A stretch of DNA of 64,000 bases from NCBI GenBank assembly GCA_013265495.1, contig MU057801.1, forward strand, positions 1,667,879 through 1,731,878, given 5' to 3'. The translations under genes and the position numbers were made by a program. This DNA is from Vicugna vicugna. Taxonomy: Eukaryota. Of the stretch, positions 36,946-50,125 are shown piece by piece; the stretch's first letter is position 1; the number at the start of each line of letters is the position of its first letter. The notes under the pieces are model-generated. The model was not told where the DNA came from and searched no databases. It saw nothing but the letters and a program-made list of their open reading frames with translations.

Positions 36946-39900
36946 AGAAAGGAGAAAGACAATGGACAGGAAAAAAAAAAGGCTCTGAGTTACTGAGAAC
37001 CTACCATCTTCAGGTCCTGTTAGGCTCCTTCAGTCCACTCTTCAGGGAACCTGCACCAAACAGGGTTTCTAACTTCGCTTCTCTTTTTAAGGCAAACGAG
37101 CCACAGCGCTAGTAAAGCATTTCCAGAGCCCGTGTCTGGAGCGCTCTGCGCTGCACCTTGTCGCCAGCAGGAAACACAACACTCTTCCACCGAATGCAGA
37201 GGCAGCCAAGACAGCAGAGGTGTTTCAGCCACAAAGTGTCACTTTGTGCGGGGTGCCGGGGCCGCGCCCCGCCACCACGGGTCCATGTTGCTGGGAACCA
37301 CGGGGTGACACAGCCCACGAATCCAGATGAAGCCCGAACATCATTACTCCTGACAGGAACCACATTTTGCCGACGACCTGAGGACTGTTGTTGGACGCGG
37401 GTCCTAGTCCCCTGGAAGTGATATGGAACGCCCAGGGAATTTCCCTTAAAGACGCAATAATTCACGGCTGGATATTAACCAGCTCTGTGACATGCAGCCC
37501 TGCCACTTCATCTTCTCGTTTCACTGGCCCTAACCCTGCCGAACGTTCCTAATACAGCGGGGGTGTTTGGTGAAATACGACTTTCTGACTGAACGAGTGC
37601 CCGCGGGCCCCCGTGATAAACAGTTCGAGCGCGCTGCGGCTTGCAATGGGGGCGAGGGCGAGAGCCTCCAGATGGGTTTGCTTTGTTGGCAACCCCCTCC
37701 CCACACCCCCCCAACCAAATTATCTCCGTTTATATTTCATCACATCTGACTGTGACCAATAATTTTTGTATGGCGAGCATCAGCAGCCCGGCCGGCCTCG
37801 CACAGCACCGTTTTTCCTGTGTCTTTGTCTTGCTTTCTGCTGCCAAGCTGCATCGGACTGGAAGGCAGTTTTACAGAAGGGAAGTTTTAAAGGAGCGTTT
37901 ACTGGGTGGCGGGATGGATAGGAGCTGCGGCATGGAATAGTTAAAGTCTATCCACCTTATCGCCGTGGCTTCCCCCACCTTTTTATTACCTTTGCTGGCT
38001 TCCTCTGGTGAACATATTTCATTTGCTCCCGGTGTATTTTTCCAGCACTAAAGCTATGCTTTTTTTAGGTCTACCTAGAAAATTTTCAGTTACATCATTT
38101 GCACAAATATGTTGATGTTAACATTGAAAAACCTCTTTGCTTGCAGTTGTATATTTTATTTGGCTAAAAACGGCCCATGTCTAATACATCACATGTCCTT
38201 TGGTGATACTATTTAAGCGAGAAATTCCAAAACTCACAAATACCGAATAGCCAAAAGTTCCAAAGCGGTGCCTGAACGCAAAACATGCAATATATCTCCT
38301 CCTTTTCCAAACAGAAATAGATTTCTCTCTGATTTGTTTGATAAATTTGACCCAAGATTTCCATTTGGAGTTATTGGAGTTCCTACTGTTTTTCTGCGTG
38401 TTGGTGGCCCAAGGCCTAATCACCCCAAGCCCCACGGAGGCTATAAATTACAGCGATGAGGCGAAGCCTTGTAGTCCTTGGGCTGCGGGGAAGGACCATT
38501 TTGCTGCAGCCTATTTTGACAGGCATGAATTTAATTCATTGTTTTATGACAGATGGGAAAAGTGTACATGCTCATAGTCCTGATTTATGGTCATTTGGGT
38601 CTGGAGGATTCTATAATTTGCAGCTAATGTGAAAACAGATGGATAGACAGACACCAAAGTTTAGGCTGACCCCCGGGTTCTCTCCCCTGGTTACAAATGG
38701 TGTCCATATGCGACCAGTCTCTGTGGGTGAGGTCCACGTCGACGGCCAGACTCCGCAGAACCCGCTGCTCCATTCTTTTCCTTCCTGAGTAAGTCGGCAA
38801 AAGCGAAATTTGGGGAACGTTTCCAACCTTGCTATTTCAGGAGTTGTTCTCTGCCTTCTGCACGTGTGGAATTCTTCCTTTCCTTTCTTTTTAAATTAAA
38901 AAGCATTTCTCTGAGGTTTGCGCAGCGTCTTGATTATTAACCGAACAGCCAATACCATCTAGACGAATGGTTGGATGTTTTCATTTCAGTTGACAAATTT
39001 GTTTTAATAGAATGATTGATTGAAAGTCATCTGTTGGGGGAGTTTCAAAGGAAATGCCTTGAGCTGGGGACGAGAGTGCGTATTTTCGTGAGAAACGTGT
39101 TTGTGCTTCCATAAATGAATTTCCACTTTAGCAATCACTTGGCATTTTTAGAAAATAAATGGGTTAGCAAGTAAAATTCCTTGGCTGATGCTAAGAAGGG
39201 TTTAATACATTTTTGACTATTAAAGGACTTCACCAAAGAGGTCACAACAATGATCACATCTGTTTTTGAAGAAAGACATTTTAGACCTACAGGAACAAGG
39301 AAAAGCCATAGTGAACTTTGTGGAGTTGGTACCTGTAATCTGTTAAAACATATAATGTTAAGAAATTATTTGTATCTTGTTATTGAGGATTGTGTTCAAT
39401 TATTATGAACTCCATTTCATAACATTTCAGTATTAAAACAAACCAGGTTATTTGTTTTAGTTAAGAAAGTAGAGTCAAGTTGTATTTAATTCCTCTTCCT
39501 CTTGAAAAGTGGAAATCTTGATTTCTGTTCCTTAGATAAGAGTACAAAACTTAGATATAATTAAGGACTGCTTTCCTCTTGACCAAATCAGCATTTTGAC
39601 AATAAATGTCAAAAGATATAGTGTTTTAAAATGTTAAAATATTGCCTTTTTAAAAATCCCATTTTAAAGTTGCATTTTAACCAAGCTAATGGCTAATCCT
39701 GTGGCAGCAAGCGACAGCAAGCGACCTGGGCTGGTCCAATCAGCAGGGTGTTTGCAACTTCATACGTGCTGTGAAGACGGCGGCGTCTCACCTCATGGAC
39801 ACGTCCACTTTGTACACTTACCCCAGGAAGGGAACATTTTAAGTGACTGATAACTAATTTCTATTGGCATCGAGAAAAAAATAAACCAACCGCGCCAAAG

Positions 39901-42314
39901 GCGTGTTTCCTCCCCACTGCGGTCTCCTTAACCACGAGCTCCTTGTTAACTATGGAGAGAAGACCACGAGCATCTGTTTTCCACGCTCGACTCCCTGAGG
40001 ATGCGGGCTTGGGAGGCCGTCTCCTTTCCGGACCAGGGCTGCCGCCATCCCACCGCCAGGGCACGCGGGAAAGCTGGCGGGCTCAGAGAGGGCAGGGGCC
40101 GCCCTTACAGACTTTGTCCTTGTCCACGTCTGTTACAGGGTCGGACTGTTGATACAAGACAGTCTTATTCTCTGTGTCACCTGACATCAAAACGGGTGCC
40201 AAGGACTTCCTTTTATTACATACTTTTTGGAGTGGTTGTGGTGAATTTTATTTGTCTATTCAGGTCGGTTGCCTGGAAAGGGCCATACTGGACCCCATGA
40301 GCACTGGGAAAGGTCGGGGGAAGCCACTGGCCACCTTGCAGGGGTACCATCCATCCCTGCTCACACGGGTCCCTGCCTGCATCTCACTTCCCTTCCTCTG
40401 CCAGAACTTTTCCTCCTTCCCAACCTCTTCATCTCCTCAGTGGTATCTGGTGCCAGGCTGGATGGCAGTGGGGGACGTCATCTCCGGGGCTTCACGAGCT
40501 CTCCTGCTTCCCCGAGCTCTCTGGTCACCTCCCTCCCAAGCTCATACACTGTCCCGGGGCTGGTTATTCAGACCTTTCTCTTTTAAGGGGAGCCTGACTT
40601 GATTCTACTAACTTTCAGAATCCCATCATCTACCTCACTGCCTGGAGCATAGGAATTGTGCAGTTAAAATGAGTCAGAAGTTGAACACGTGAAAGAAAGT
40701 TGAACCTTAAGTCAGCTAAGCAATGAGGGCAATCAGTCAGGATGCCGTCGGCCGGAGTAAACACAGTGAGTACCGGTGACCTAGCGCAGTGAGCCCTGTG
40801 CGCCGGGAGGGCAGCCGCTGCGCTCTCTGCCGAACGCTCCCAGCACCCTGCCCCCCGGCACCGTGGAGGCTCACACTTCCCGGACACCTCATGCTTGGGG
40901 GGCCCTGGGACTGCCTGACCGTGGGTCACAAACACAAGTGATGAGCATCATTTCCAGGCAAGAACACTTAACTGCTGGAGGGCAGCACTCCAGGGTTAGC
41001 GAGGGGACCAGCGATATTTGAAACATGGCTGAGTGATAATGAGCAGAGATCTCTGTGGATGAGAAACAGAAATATAGATGAGATTATTGTCTTCAGTCAC
41101 TGAATAGCTATTAGCCATTAATTAACACAGATGAGAAAGGGCTCACAAAATAACATCAAATGGAAAAATAGGGTTAAAAATATGTTATCCGTGTATGAAA
41201 CCAACATCAAGTCTGCGTGTGTGTAGAAAATAATGTAACAAACACCGAAGGAAAAACACACCCAAACATTCAGTTTTTACCTTTGGGTATTGGGACTACT
41301 GAGTTTAATTGTCTTATATTTATTTCTGTCTTTTCTAAGGCAAATGACTATTATTACCAGATGTAAAATGTAGGCTTTATACTAGATCTTTATAGTGGTT
41401 ATATAGTATTTTGCTATACGAATATATAAATAAATTTAGCCTCTTCTTATTGTTACGAATTTAAGTTGTGGTTTTCTACTCTTTCCTTAAGACGGTGATT
41501 ATCCTTGTGTGTAACTTTTACCCAGAAGTTCAATTATACCCATAGGATTGATAGAAGATTTAATTACTCAACAGTTACAGATACTTTAGGTCTACATAAA
41601 TTCTATTAAATTGCTATCATTAATGATTTTATCAACTCCACTTTTATCAGTAGGAGTGCTTATCCATAAAAATGACAGTATTGAGGAGGTTTTTCTTTGT
41701 AAACTTTATAATTTGATAGGGAAAAATCTTCTAAGCATATTTTCTTAATTGAATGTGCCTTAAACCACCCACGGTAAAGCACCAATGTTTTTCTAATAAT
41801 TGTTAATCCATTGAACTGCCATGCAGACCCACTGCACTAGAATCTATGTGAGGCCACCTGTGTCTCAATTGTGTAAGTTTGACATCAGTTGAACCTGTCT
41901 TCTCATTTGACAGGACAAGTCCACTGATGACACCTTTGGACACCAAGGCAATGCCAAACTACTACAAAAGTTTTAAACATTTACACTCAGTTTCCACATT
42001 TATGCGGATTGGTAGCAAATAGTTCCTGGATCAACACCAGCTGTAGGTCACACTTAAGTAGCACTGACTTAGATTTCTTTAATTTTAGTTAGGTAGCTAG
42101 CACATTCTCAACTTTAACTTTTACTTCATTTTTGGCAAGTCCTCCTTTCATCATCTTTGCTTCTTTATCTGTTGGGCTCGTAGTTCCTGCCACCTGTATG
42201 GATTCAGCATCTACTAAACCTTTTGTCTCTTTTTGATGGCTGTATATATTATGTGTTTCTGGATTCTTTATTTATGTCTCATCTTTATTATCAAAAGAAT
42301 TTGAGTGTCCATAT

Positions 42315-43565
42315 TCTCATGTTGAAAGTAAAAGGATAGAGAATACAGGCCATGAAAAAGTAACCAAAAGAGACCTGGAATAGATGTACTGTTATCTGAC
42401 AAAATAAACTTTGTCAAAAATTGTTACAAGAGACAAAGAAGGGAATTATATTTCATAAAAGAGTCAATCCATCAAGAAGACATAACAATTATAAATACAT
42501 ATGCACCTAATAACTCAGCCCCAAAATACCTGAGGCAAAAGTTGAAAGAATCAAAGGGGGAAATAATTCAATAATAATAGTTGAAGACTTTCATAATGGG
42601 TAAAACAAAGAGACAGAAGGTTAACAAGGGATCAGAAAATCTGAATAACAATATAACCAATGAGACATAACAGAACCTTCCAACCAACAACAGCAGAGAA
42701 CACATCCACAAGGACATCATATGTTGGGCCATAAAATCTGTCACAATAAATATAAAAGAACTGAAAGCATACAAGATATTTTCTCAGACTACAATGGAAT
42801 AGTATTAGAAATTAATAGCAGGGTAGGGAAGTTGGAGGAAGGTGGTCAAAAGTTACAAACACCAAGCAATAAGATACATCATAAGTACTGGGGGTGTAAG
42901 GTGCAACATGATGACTGTAACTAACACTGCTCTGTGGTATATAGGAAGGCTGTTGAGAAAGTAGATCCTAAAAGTTCTCATCATAAGGAAAAAACAAATT
43001 ATTTTCTTTTTTTGTATTTGCCTGAGATGATGAATATTAACCAGAACTATTGTGGTAATCATTTCACAATATACATAAGTCAGGTCATTTTGCTGTGTAC
43101 CTTAAACTTATACAGTGCTGTATGTCAACTATATCTCAATAAAGCTGAAAGAAAAAATCCACAGAAAGAAATATGGAAGAGCACAGATAAATGAAAATTA
43201 AACAATACTCTCAAATAACCAATGGGTAAAAAAAAATCACAGTGAATATAGATCCAAGAATCCTTGACAAATACTAGGAAACCAAATCCAAAATCGTGTC
43301 AAAAAGACTATACAGAATGACCAAGTGGGATCTATCCAAGAATGCATGATTAGTTCAACATATAAGAATCAATCAGAAATACACAATAAGCTCAAAGAAT
43401 ATAATAAAAACCACAAGATCATTTCAAGAAATGCAGAAAAGGCAATGGAAAAATCTAACACTCTTCCATAATAAAAAATATCCAACAAACAAGGAATAGC
43501 CCAAACATTCTCAACCTGATAGAATATCTACAAAAAACACAGCTAACATCATACTTAACTGTGAG
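42315..43565 (+). mobile_element. L1 ORF2 fragments including the endonuclease region (decayed)
   Basis: agagacaaagaaggg..ttatatt.cataaaagagtcaatccatcaagaagacataacaattataaatacatatgcacctaataac (SIHQEDITIINTYAPN, an L1 EN motif). Later gaccaagtgggatctatccaagaatgca. Confidence 0.9.
42821..43160 (+). mobile_element. L1MA9-like 3' end nested in the older L1 ORF2
   Basis: ggtggtcaaaagttacaaac...gtagatcctaaaagttctcatcataagg...gtaccttaaacttatacagtgctgtatgtcaactatatctcaataaagct. The host ORF2 resumes after it. Confidence 0.85.
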
Positions 43566-43723
43566 GGCAGTAATTGGTCAACCAACCAATAGGGACTCAC
43601 TTAGCTCCCACTGAATCAGGTGTCTTCTGCCAGGTCTGGGGGGTGGAGCAGGGTGGGAGACCCCAAAGAGAAATGCAGACAGCCAGGCTCTGCCTCTCTC
43701 CCACTGAGCTATACCCTCCTCCC

Positions 43724-44112
43724 ATTTTAGCTCTTCTATTTGGATCATGGATCCATTTTGAGTTAATTTTTATGTATGTTGCGAGGGGTCTAACTTCATC
43801 CTTTGGGACTGAAAATCCAGTTGTTCCAGCCTCATTTATTGAAGAGACTATTCTTTCCCCATCAAATGTTCTTTGTACTTTTGATGAAAATCAACTGGCT
43901 AGAGATGGATGGGTTTATCTTGTACTCTCAGTTTTATACCACTGGCCTGTATGTTTATCTGTGTGGTGGTGCCATACAGATCCTGTAGCTTTGCAGTAAG
44001 TTCTGAATTCAAAAAATGCAAGATGTCCAGCTCTGTTCTTCATTTTCAATATCGTTTTGACCCTTCAAGACCCCTTGCAACTCCACGTGACTTTGAGGAT
44101 GAGCATTTTTGT
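43724..44112 (-). mobile_element. L1 ORF2 fragment, preceded by a SINE-head remnant (ccactgagctataccctcc, ~43701-43720)
   Basis: gatccattttgagttaatttttatgtatg...atccagttgttccagc.tcatttattgaagagact. Confidence 0.85.
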
Positions 44113-45619
44113 ACCAGGAAACTCAGTGAATAAACCGGGCCAACGTGACACAGCTGATCAGAAGCGCACTTGTCATGAGAACTCAGCAAAGCCTCGGTGC
44201 TCTTCCTGCACCACACCGTGTGTTTAAGCTCAATAGAGAAGACAGATTGTTTTCTGCTTCGTTAAATCTTCATAATTACGCCTTACTCAAGAAGAGTCCC
44301 CAGGTGCTCTAGCTTCTCTCACCGTTCTATCCTACTGGTTGGGTTTTCTTTTTCTTGTACTTCACTTGACCCACACCCCTCATCTCCAGCTTCATTCCTT
44401 CTTTGTGTTCCAAAAATAAAGTGATAAAACCAAGGAAGCGGGCAAGGACCTCAGTTAACTCAAGGCATTCGCACAGGGTGTGAGCTGTGACGTAGGAGAC
44501 ACATACCCAGCACAGGACAAGCTAGACTGGCACGTGTCCCCACCCAGTGCATCCTGCACAAAGTTGCTACCCGTGCCTTGAGGATGGCCATTTTGTGATT
44601 TGTTTGGTTTTTCTTATTTATAAGCAATGATCATTGGCCCAGATCCTCTTTGCTACAAAAGCACAACCAAGACGGAAGCTGCAGATTCAACACTTGGAAA
44701 CCTGTGTATCTGTTTGGCTGTAGGTGGAAGACACAGGAAGAGGTTGTATGTTTCATCACATTCGGAAGGAAAAAGAGGAGTGATGGTGAGAGCCACCACG
44801 ACCTTCCGGGTGATTATAGAACAAGGAGAGGGAAAGAAATGCCTCCTGCCATTCTTTGGGCAGCAATCTTATCCTGGGCACAAGCTCAACTGGATCAGGA
44901 AGACCTCTTATACTTCAAATAGAGTGTGGTGAATAGACCTTCAGGGCAATGGTCTTAATTGTTTTGTTGACAACTATCTAGATACCTCTTTGGTTCTTCC
45001 TTAGTGAGTCCTATACCTGGTTAGTGTGGGTCTGCAAAATTTTATATAAAATCCATGCAAAAGCTAATCTTGTAAGGTCTGAACCTGCTAAGTGCAGCTG
45101 TCTCATGATGGCACAATCATGTCCACGTGACCGCGGGGCGTGGCTTATGAATTAACTGGTAGTGGGAACCAGGATTGTGTGCTTGGCTCTACCACTCAAA
45201 CCTGAGAAGTTCCCAATCTCTGTGAGACTCAGATTTTCTGCCTGTAATAACTGGATTGTAACAGCTGATCCGCAGCCTGTTCTGAGAACAGGACTGAGAG
45301 AAAGTAGTGTGTCCGTCCACATGACTCTTCACGGTGAGGCGCCTTTAGAGACCCCAGTGACACTGGTGCTTTGATTGTTTTCTGCAAGAGCAGTGGTTTT
45401 ACACTTTTACTAATTAAAACATTGTTGCTGATTTACAAATAGGAGATCCCACTCTATGAATTCCCCCAGGTTACCCCCCATCACACTCAGGGGACCGCAG
45501 TACCGTGAGATCTGGAGAAAACAAAGTGAAAACACAGAGGGGCGCTGCGCGGCCAGGCAGGCTCGTGCGGCCGCGGGGCAGGCGGCCTCAGAGCGGGATG
45601 CGCTAATGCTGAGCGAAGA

Positions 45620-46020
45620 GCCAGTCCCACCACGCCCTGCCCTGTGGGAGGCGGCATTTCTCACCCCATTGTGCGGGGCTTGGTCGTGTGACTTGCTTTG
45701 ACCAACAGGGTGGGAGGCAGCACGATACATGGCGCTTCCGTGCAGAGAACGTACATTCAAGTCGGACGCGTGGCTCGGCTGGGCCGCTTACACCTCTGCC
45801 CACCGTCGTGGAAAAGGGCTCCCTCCGGGTCAGCGCTGCTCTTTCAGCCTGGGTCCCAGAGGGATGGGCACATGCACCAGATCCATAAGCGACCTGCAGT
45901 TTCCAGCTGAACCAACACAACTGAGCTGCACGCTTGTGGGAAATACACGGAGCTGTAAACCGTAGAGACTTGGAGATTTTTATTATGCAGCATTTTCCTA
46001 GCACAAGCTGATTCATTCAT
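45620..46020 (+). mobile_element. MLT1 (MaLR) solo LTR
   Basis: gtgacttgctttgaccaa...cagcctgggtcccaga...ctgtaaaccgtagagacttggagatttttattatgcagca...aagctgattcattca. Confidence 0.7.
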
Positions 46021-46289
46021 GCATTAAACGCCTTTTCAGCAACACTTCTCAGAGCGTGTACTCTGCTAATGATCGTTGTGGATCCCAAAATTAATTGGTC
46101 CTAGACTTCTGCGCTCTAAGAAAACACTACATCAAAATACAATTTTAGCATGGCTTTTTAAAAAAATCCCATATTGTTTTTTCAAAGGCAGAGGGGGCTA
46201 AGATGACAAACACCCCACGGCCACACCCCTGAGTAACAGCGAAGGCCTTACCGTCCGGCAACACTCACTAACACAGGCGGTGACGCCAC

Positions 46290-46545
46290 TCAGTGGTCAA
46301 GACCAGTGGCTTTGAAACAACAAGGGCCCGGAATTTAAACCCTAGCTCTGCCATTTAGGAGCTAAGGGACATTGGGAAATTCACGTACCTTCTCTGGGAC
46401 TTGAGGTCCTTATTGGTGAACTTGGGATCAGACTAGAAGCCACGTCGTAGGACTGTCGTGAGGATTAGCTAGCACGTGTGACAGTCTCAGCGTAGTGCGT
46501 GGCCTGGAGCATGAGCTCGATGAGTGGTGGCCGAAGTCACTACTG
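46290..46545 (+). mobile_element. MIR SINE, near full length
   Basis: cagtggtcaaga...tttaaaccctagctctgccattta...gtcgtaggactgtcgtgaggatta...cagcgtagtgcgtggcc. Confidence 0.75.
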
Positions 46546-47442
46546 TTTAAAGGTCCATTTCTGTAAAAGTCTGTGCAGAGAAATTGAAAGTAGGAACATA
46601 GCAGGCTAAGGAAGGCAGAACGAGTCAGCTTTATTCAGGGGAATATTCCCTCCGTGTCATCTTGTTGCCTTTTTTCAGATGAACTCACCTGCCTGGTTTC
46701 CCAATAACTTCTCCGTGTCACTGACTTCAAAGTCTCTGCGTCTCCACTCTCTCCCCCGGCACCTTCACTCCAAGGCAGAGCGTGGAAGACGGTTCCCCGA
46801 ACAGAAGGGCTCGCCTGTCTCTGCTGTCCCAGCGGGGTCCCAGGACTTCGTACTTCCACATATCAGCCCAAATGAGCAACTTCTGCCCCAATTAGAATCC
46901 AAAAGACAGACTCTAGAACCGCACGGGCCGTTGCACCTTTGCTAAATACGAAGCAGAGCCTCCCTGACGTCTGTTGTAACCGCTCTGCTCTAAGCACTGG
47001 AACAGAAACGAGCTTTTGAAAGGTGGGATAAGCAAAAAGGGCCAACAGTCTCTTTTGGCCTTTCCTGGCGATTTTGAGACGTTTCCCCAAAGAGCCCTGG
47101 TTGGCACCCAACGTTCCCAGACTGGTTCGTTGTGCCCGAGAAGGAAACGTACCTGCAGCTGCTCATCAGGGTCAAATTTAAGTCAAGGCTCGATTTCAAG
47201 CTCAGTTTAAGCACAACATTTTCAATTTTTTTAAGAAGAGAAATTTGCTTTTAAAAATGCTGCTTTTCTCACAGAGAAGTCCATAAACATGCTTTGAGAA
47301 CTTTCAAAACGAGTTGAAGGCAGGCTTCTATTTCTTAGTGTTGAGTCAGGGTAGGTTAAGCAAATCTGTCCATTTAGAGCTATTCAAATCTTCCCTACCA
47401 TGCACTGAAATTCTCCATAGCTTCCTGTTATTCTTTCTCACA

Positions 47443-47932
47443 CAGGCAGACCCCATTTTATTGTGCTTTGCTTTATGGCACTTGGAAAATATTGCATTTT
47501 TCACAGATTGAAATTCTGTGGCAGCCCTGCACGGAGCAGACTATGGGCGTCATTCTTCCAACAGCAATGGCTCACTTCATGTCTCTGTGCTGCATTTGGG
47601 TAATTCTTGCACTATTTCAAGCTTTTTCATTATTATCATACTTGTTATGGTGATCTGAGGCCCACGGTCTTTGATGTCACTACTGCAAGAAAACAGCAAC
47701 TCACTGAAGGTTCAGATGATGGCGAACATTCTTTCACAATGAAGTATTTTTAAACTAAGGTATGTATGTTGTCTTCCTAGACACAGTGCACACTTACTAG
47801 CCTGCAGCAGGGTGTGAACATATTTCCGTATGCCTTGGGAAACCAAATAATCCATATGATTCAATTGATTGCAACAGCTGCTTCATTGTGGCGGCCTGGG
47901 ACAGAACCTGAGACAACTCTGCGGTCTGCCTA
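47443..47932 (+). mobile_element. Tigger1-derived non-autonomous DNA transposon (~490 bp, Tigger1a_Art-like)
   Basis: TIRs caggcagacc... and ...ggtctgccta. The Tigger1 5' motif ttttattgtgctttgcttta is joined directly to the 3' motifs cactgaaggttcagatgat and gggaaaccaaa. No transposase. Confidence 0.9.
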
Positions 47933-48299
47933 TCTTTCAGCATCATTTTCATCCCACCCCCTCCCCCCAAAAACCCACCGTACTAAAGGCAAAATGTGAG
48001 CGAATGGCTTTGGAAATTTTGTAAGTTTTATACAAAGCCATCAGAAGTTTAAAAAGTAGACAATTCTGAAAGCAGATGTACTAACCAGCTAAATTATTAA
48101 GGGAACGGATGGGACGGGAGGATGGCTCCGACGCTGGTGAAGAGCTGAATCGTTGACACGTGGTTGACACCCTCAGCTGACGTCTCCTTCACACGTTCTC
48201 ATTGGAGGCAAATCCGTAGCATCAAGGTTCACACGAGGACGGGGGAATATTTACAAGGTCAGAGGGCAGCTGGCAGCTGGCATGCGTCCGAGTGTAAAG

Positions 48300-49165
48300 A
48301 ATTTGTGTGTGTGGCAAAATACACATAACATGAAAGGAACCACTTTACCGACTGGTAAACATGGAATCCAGTGGCCCGTTCTCATCCTTGTGCTGCTCAA
48401 CCAGCAGCCACCATCGCCGCCACTGAGAGTCTCCCCATCAAACAACTCCCCTCCCCTGCCCCCCCAGCCCCTGAAAAGTCAACGTCCCACTCCTCGTTCT
48501 GTGAGTTAAACTACTGTAGGGACCTCAGATAAATAGTGCAAATATCAGATACCGTTTATATTTGTCCTTTCACGGCTTACTTCGCTTGGCGTGTGTTTTC
48601 AAGTTTCACCCGTGTTGTGGCATGCACAGTGTTTTTCTTCCTTTTCAGGGCTGAATGGTCTTCCATTGCGTACAAATACCACGTTTTGTTTATCCATTCA
48701 CAGGTCTGTGGACGCTTGCGTTGCTTCCACATTTCGGCTTTGTGAGTAATGTTGCTGCGAATAGTCAAAAACTATCTTTGGAGTTCCTGCTCTCAGTTCT
48801 TTGGTGTGAATACCAAGAATTGGAATGACTGGGTCATGCAGTAATTCAGGTCTTAAAGGAACCAGCATGTTGTTTTCCACAGCAAGGGGACCAGTTTACG
48901 TCCCCACCAGCGACGGGAGAGGGTTCCAGCTTCGCCACATCCTCACCAACACTTGCTATCTTCTGCTTTCTTCAAGAACAGCCCTCCTAGCCGCTGCGAA
49001 GCGCGGTCCCTTCGTGGCTTTTCCTTGCATGCCCCTAGCGGTTAGCGACGCCGAGTGTCTGTCACGTGCTTATCAGGCAGGGTTTATCTTCTTCTGCTTT
49101 TTCAAGTCCTTTTCTAATTGGATTTTCTGATCAGATTGTTTGGGGCGTTTTTGTGGTTGTTGAAT
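48300..49165 (-). mobile_element. L1MB-like 3' portion
   Basis: gtggcaaaatacacataaca; ttcaagtttcacccgtgttgtggcatg; minus ORF ...EWINKTWYLYAMEDHSALKR (L1 ORF2 C-terminus); ccacatcctcaccaacacttg. Confidence 0.9.
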
Positions 49166-49873
49166 TAGATTTATACCTTAGTTATAATGAATTTGTCACC
49201 TCAAAAATTGTAAAAAAAAAAAAAAGAAAGAAAGAAAACCACCAACCCAGAAGAATGGCAACGGGCCGTACTGGACTTCAGTGTTGAGACGACTGTTGAA
49301 TGCGGTACATTTTCAGTCAGTGAAGGGAAGTCTGTCCTCCCCGTAACCCTTTCCACACCACTCACGTGCTTCTCTGTTTAGCGAAATTCTCCCTCTGCAC
49401 AGGTGTTGGTTTTGGGCGCCTGCAATGAGAGAAGAAAGGCACGGACGGTGTTTCCCGGCGGCGATTCTTCTCTCACCTCGCTCCTGCCTTCTCCGCTCAT
49501 TTCGGCTGGCCGTGAGCCAGCAGTGTTACCGGCAACAGGCTCTCCTGCTTGCTTTGGACACTCGCCTGCCAGCCTGGCCTGGCCGTGGTGGACAGCAGAC
49601 CGTCCGGGCTGCTTCCTGCCCCGCTGAGCTCTGTCGCCAGGCCCTGGACCGACCGGGGCCTCTCTGGGCTTTGGGCAAGTGTCCTCCCTCTCAGAGCCTC
49701 CTCTCCTCACACGCCAGCAGTATCTGGCCTCACCACGCAGGGCCGTGTGGGGTGACCCCGGGCACCCCACTGCCAGTGCCTGGATGCCCTGGTTCCACCA
49801 TCACCTCCACAAAACGGAGAACGCAGCCCCGCCCTGGCTCTGCCCACAGCACCCAGCAACCTCGCCGGAACCT

Positions 49874-50125
49874 TTAAACATATACTAACGCAGCGCGGAC
49901 CCCGCGGCGGGCTCTGTCCTCAGCACTTTAGACACGTTAATGCATTTCATTCTTGAACTAATCCTTGTTATTTATCTAAACCCTCTATCTATCTAAACCC
50001 TGTTATCATTCCCATTTTACAAATGCGGGAACTGAGGCACAGAGAAGATAAGTGGGTTGCCTGGGGCCACATGGCCAGCCGGTGGGGGGAGCCGAGGACC
50101 CCGGGTTCCATGATTTCTTAACAGT
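49874..50125 (-). mobile_element. MIR SINE
   Basis: cccattttacaaatgcgggaactgaggcacagagaagataagtgggttgcctggggccaca. Confidence 0.85.

Noticed and set aside
38181..38577. Short ORFs in the AT-rich unique block
   Set aside because: No recognisable protein. The block fits non-coding regulatory sequence better.
44627..44932. 101-aa ATG ORF with a nearby donor-like gatg|gtgaga
   Set aside because: No recognisable homology and no partner exons. It cannot be supported without RNA or conservation data.
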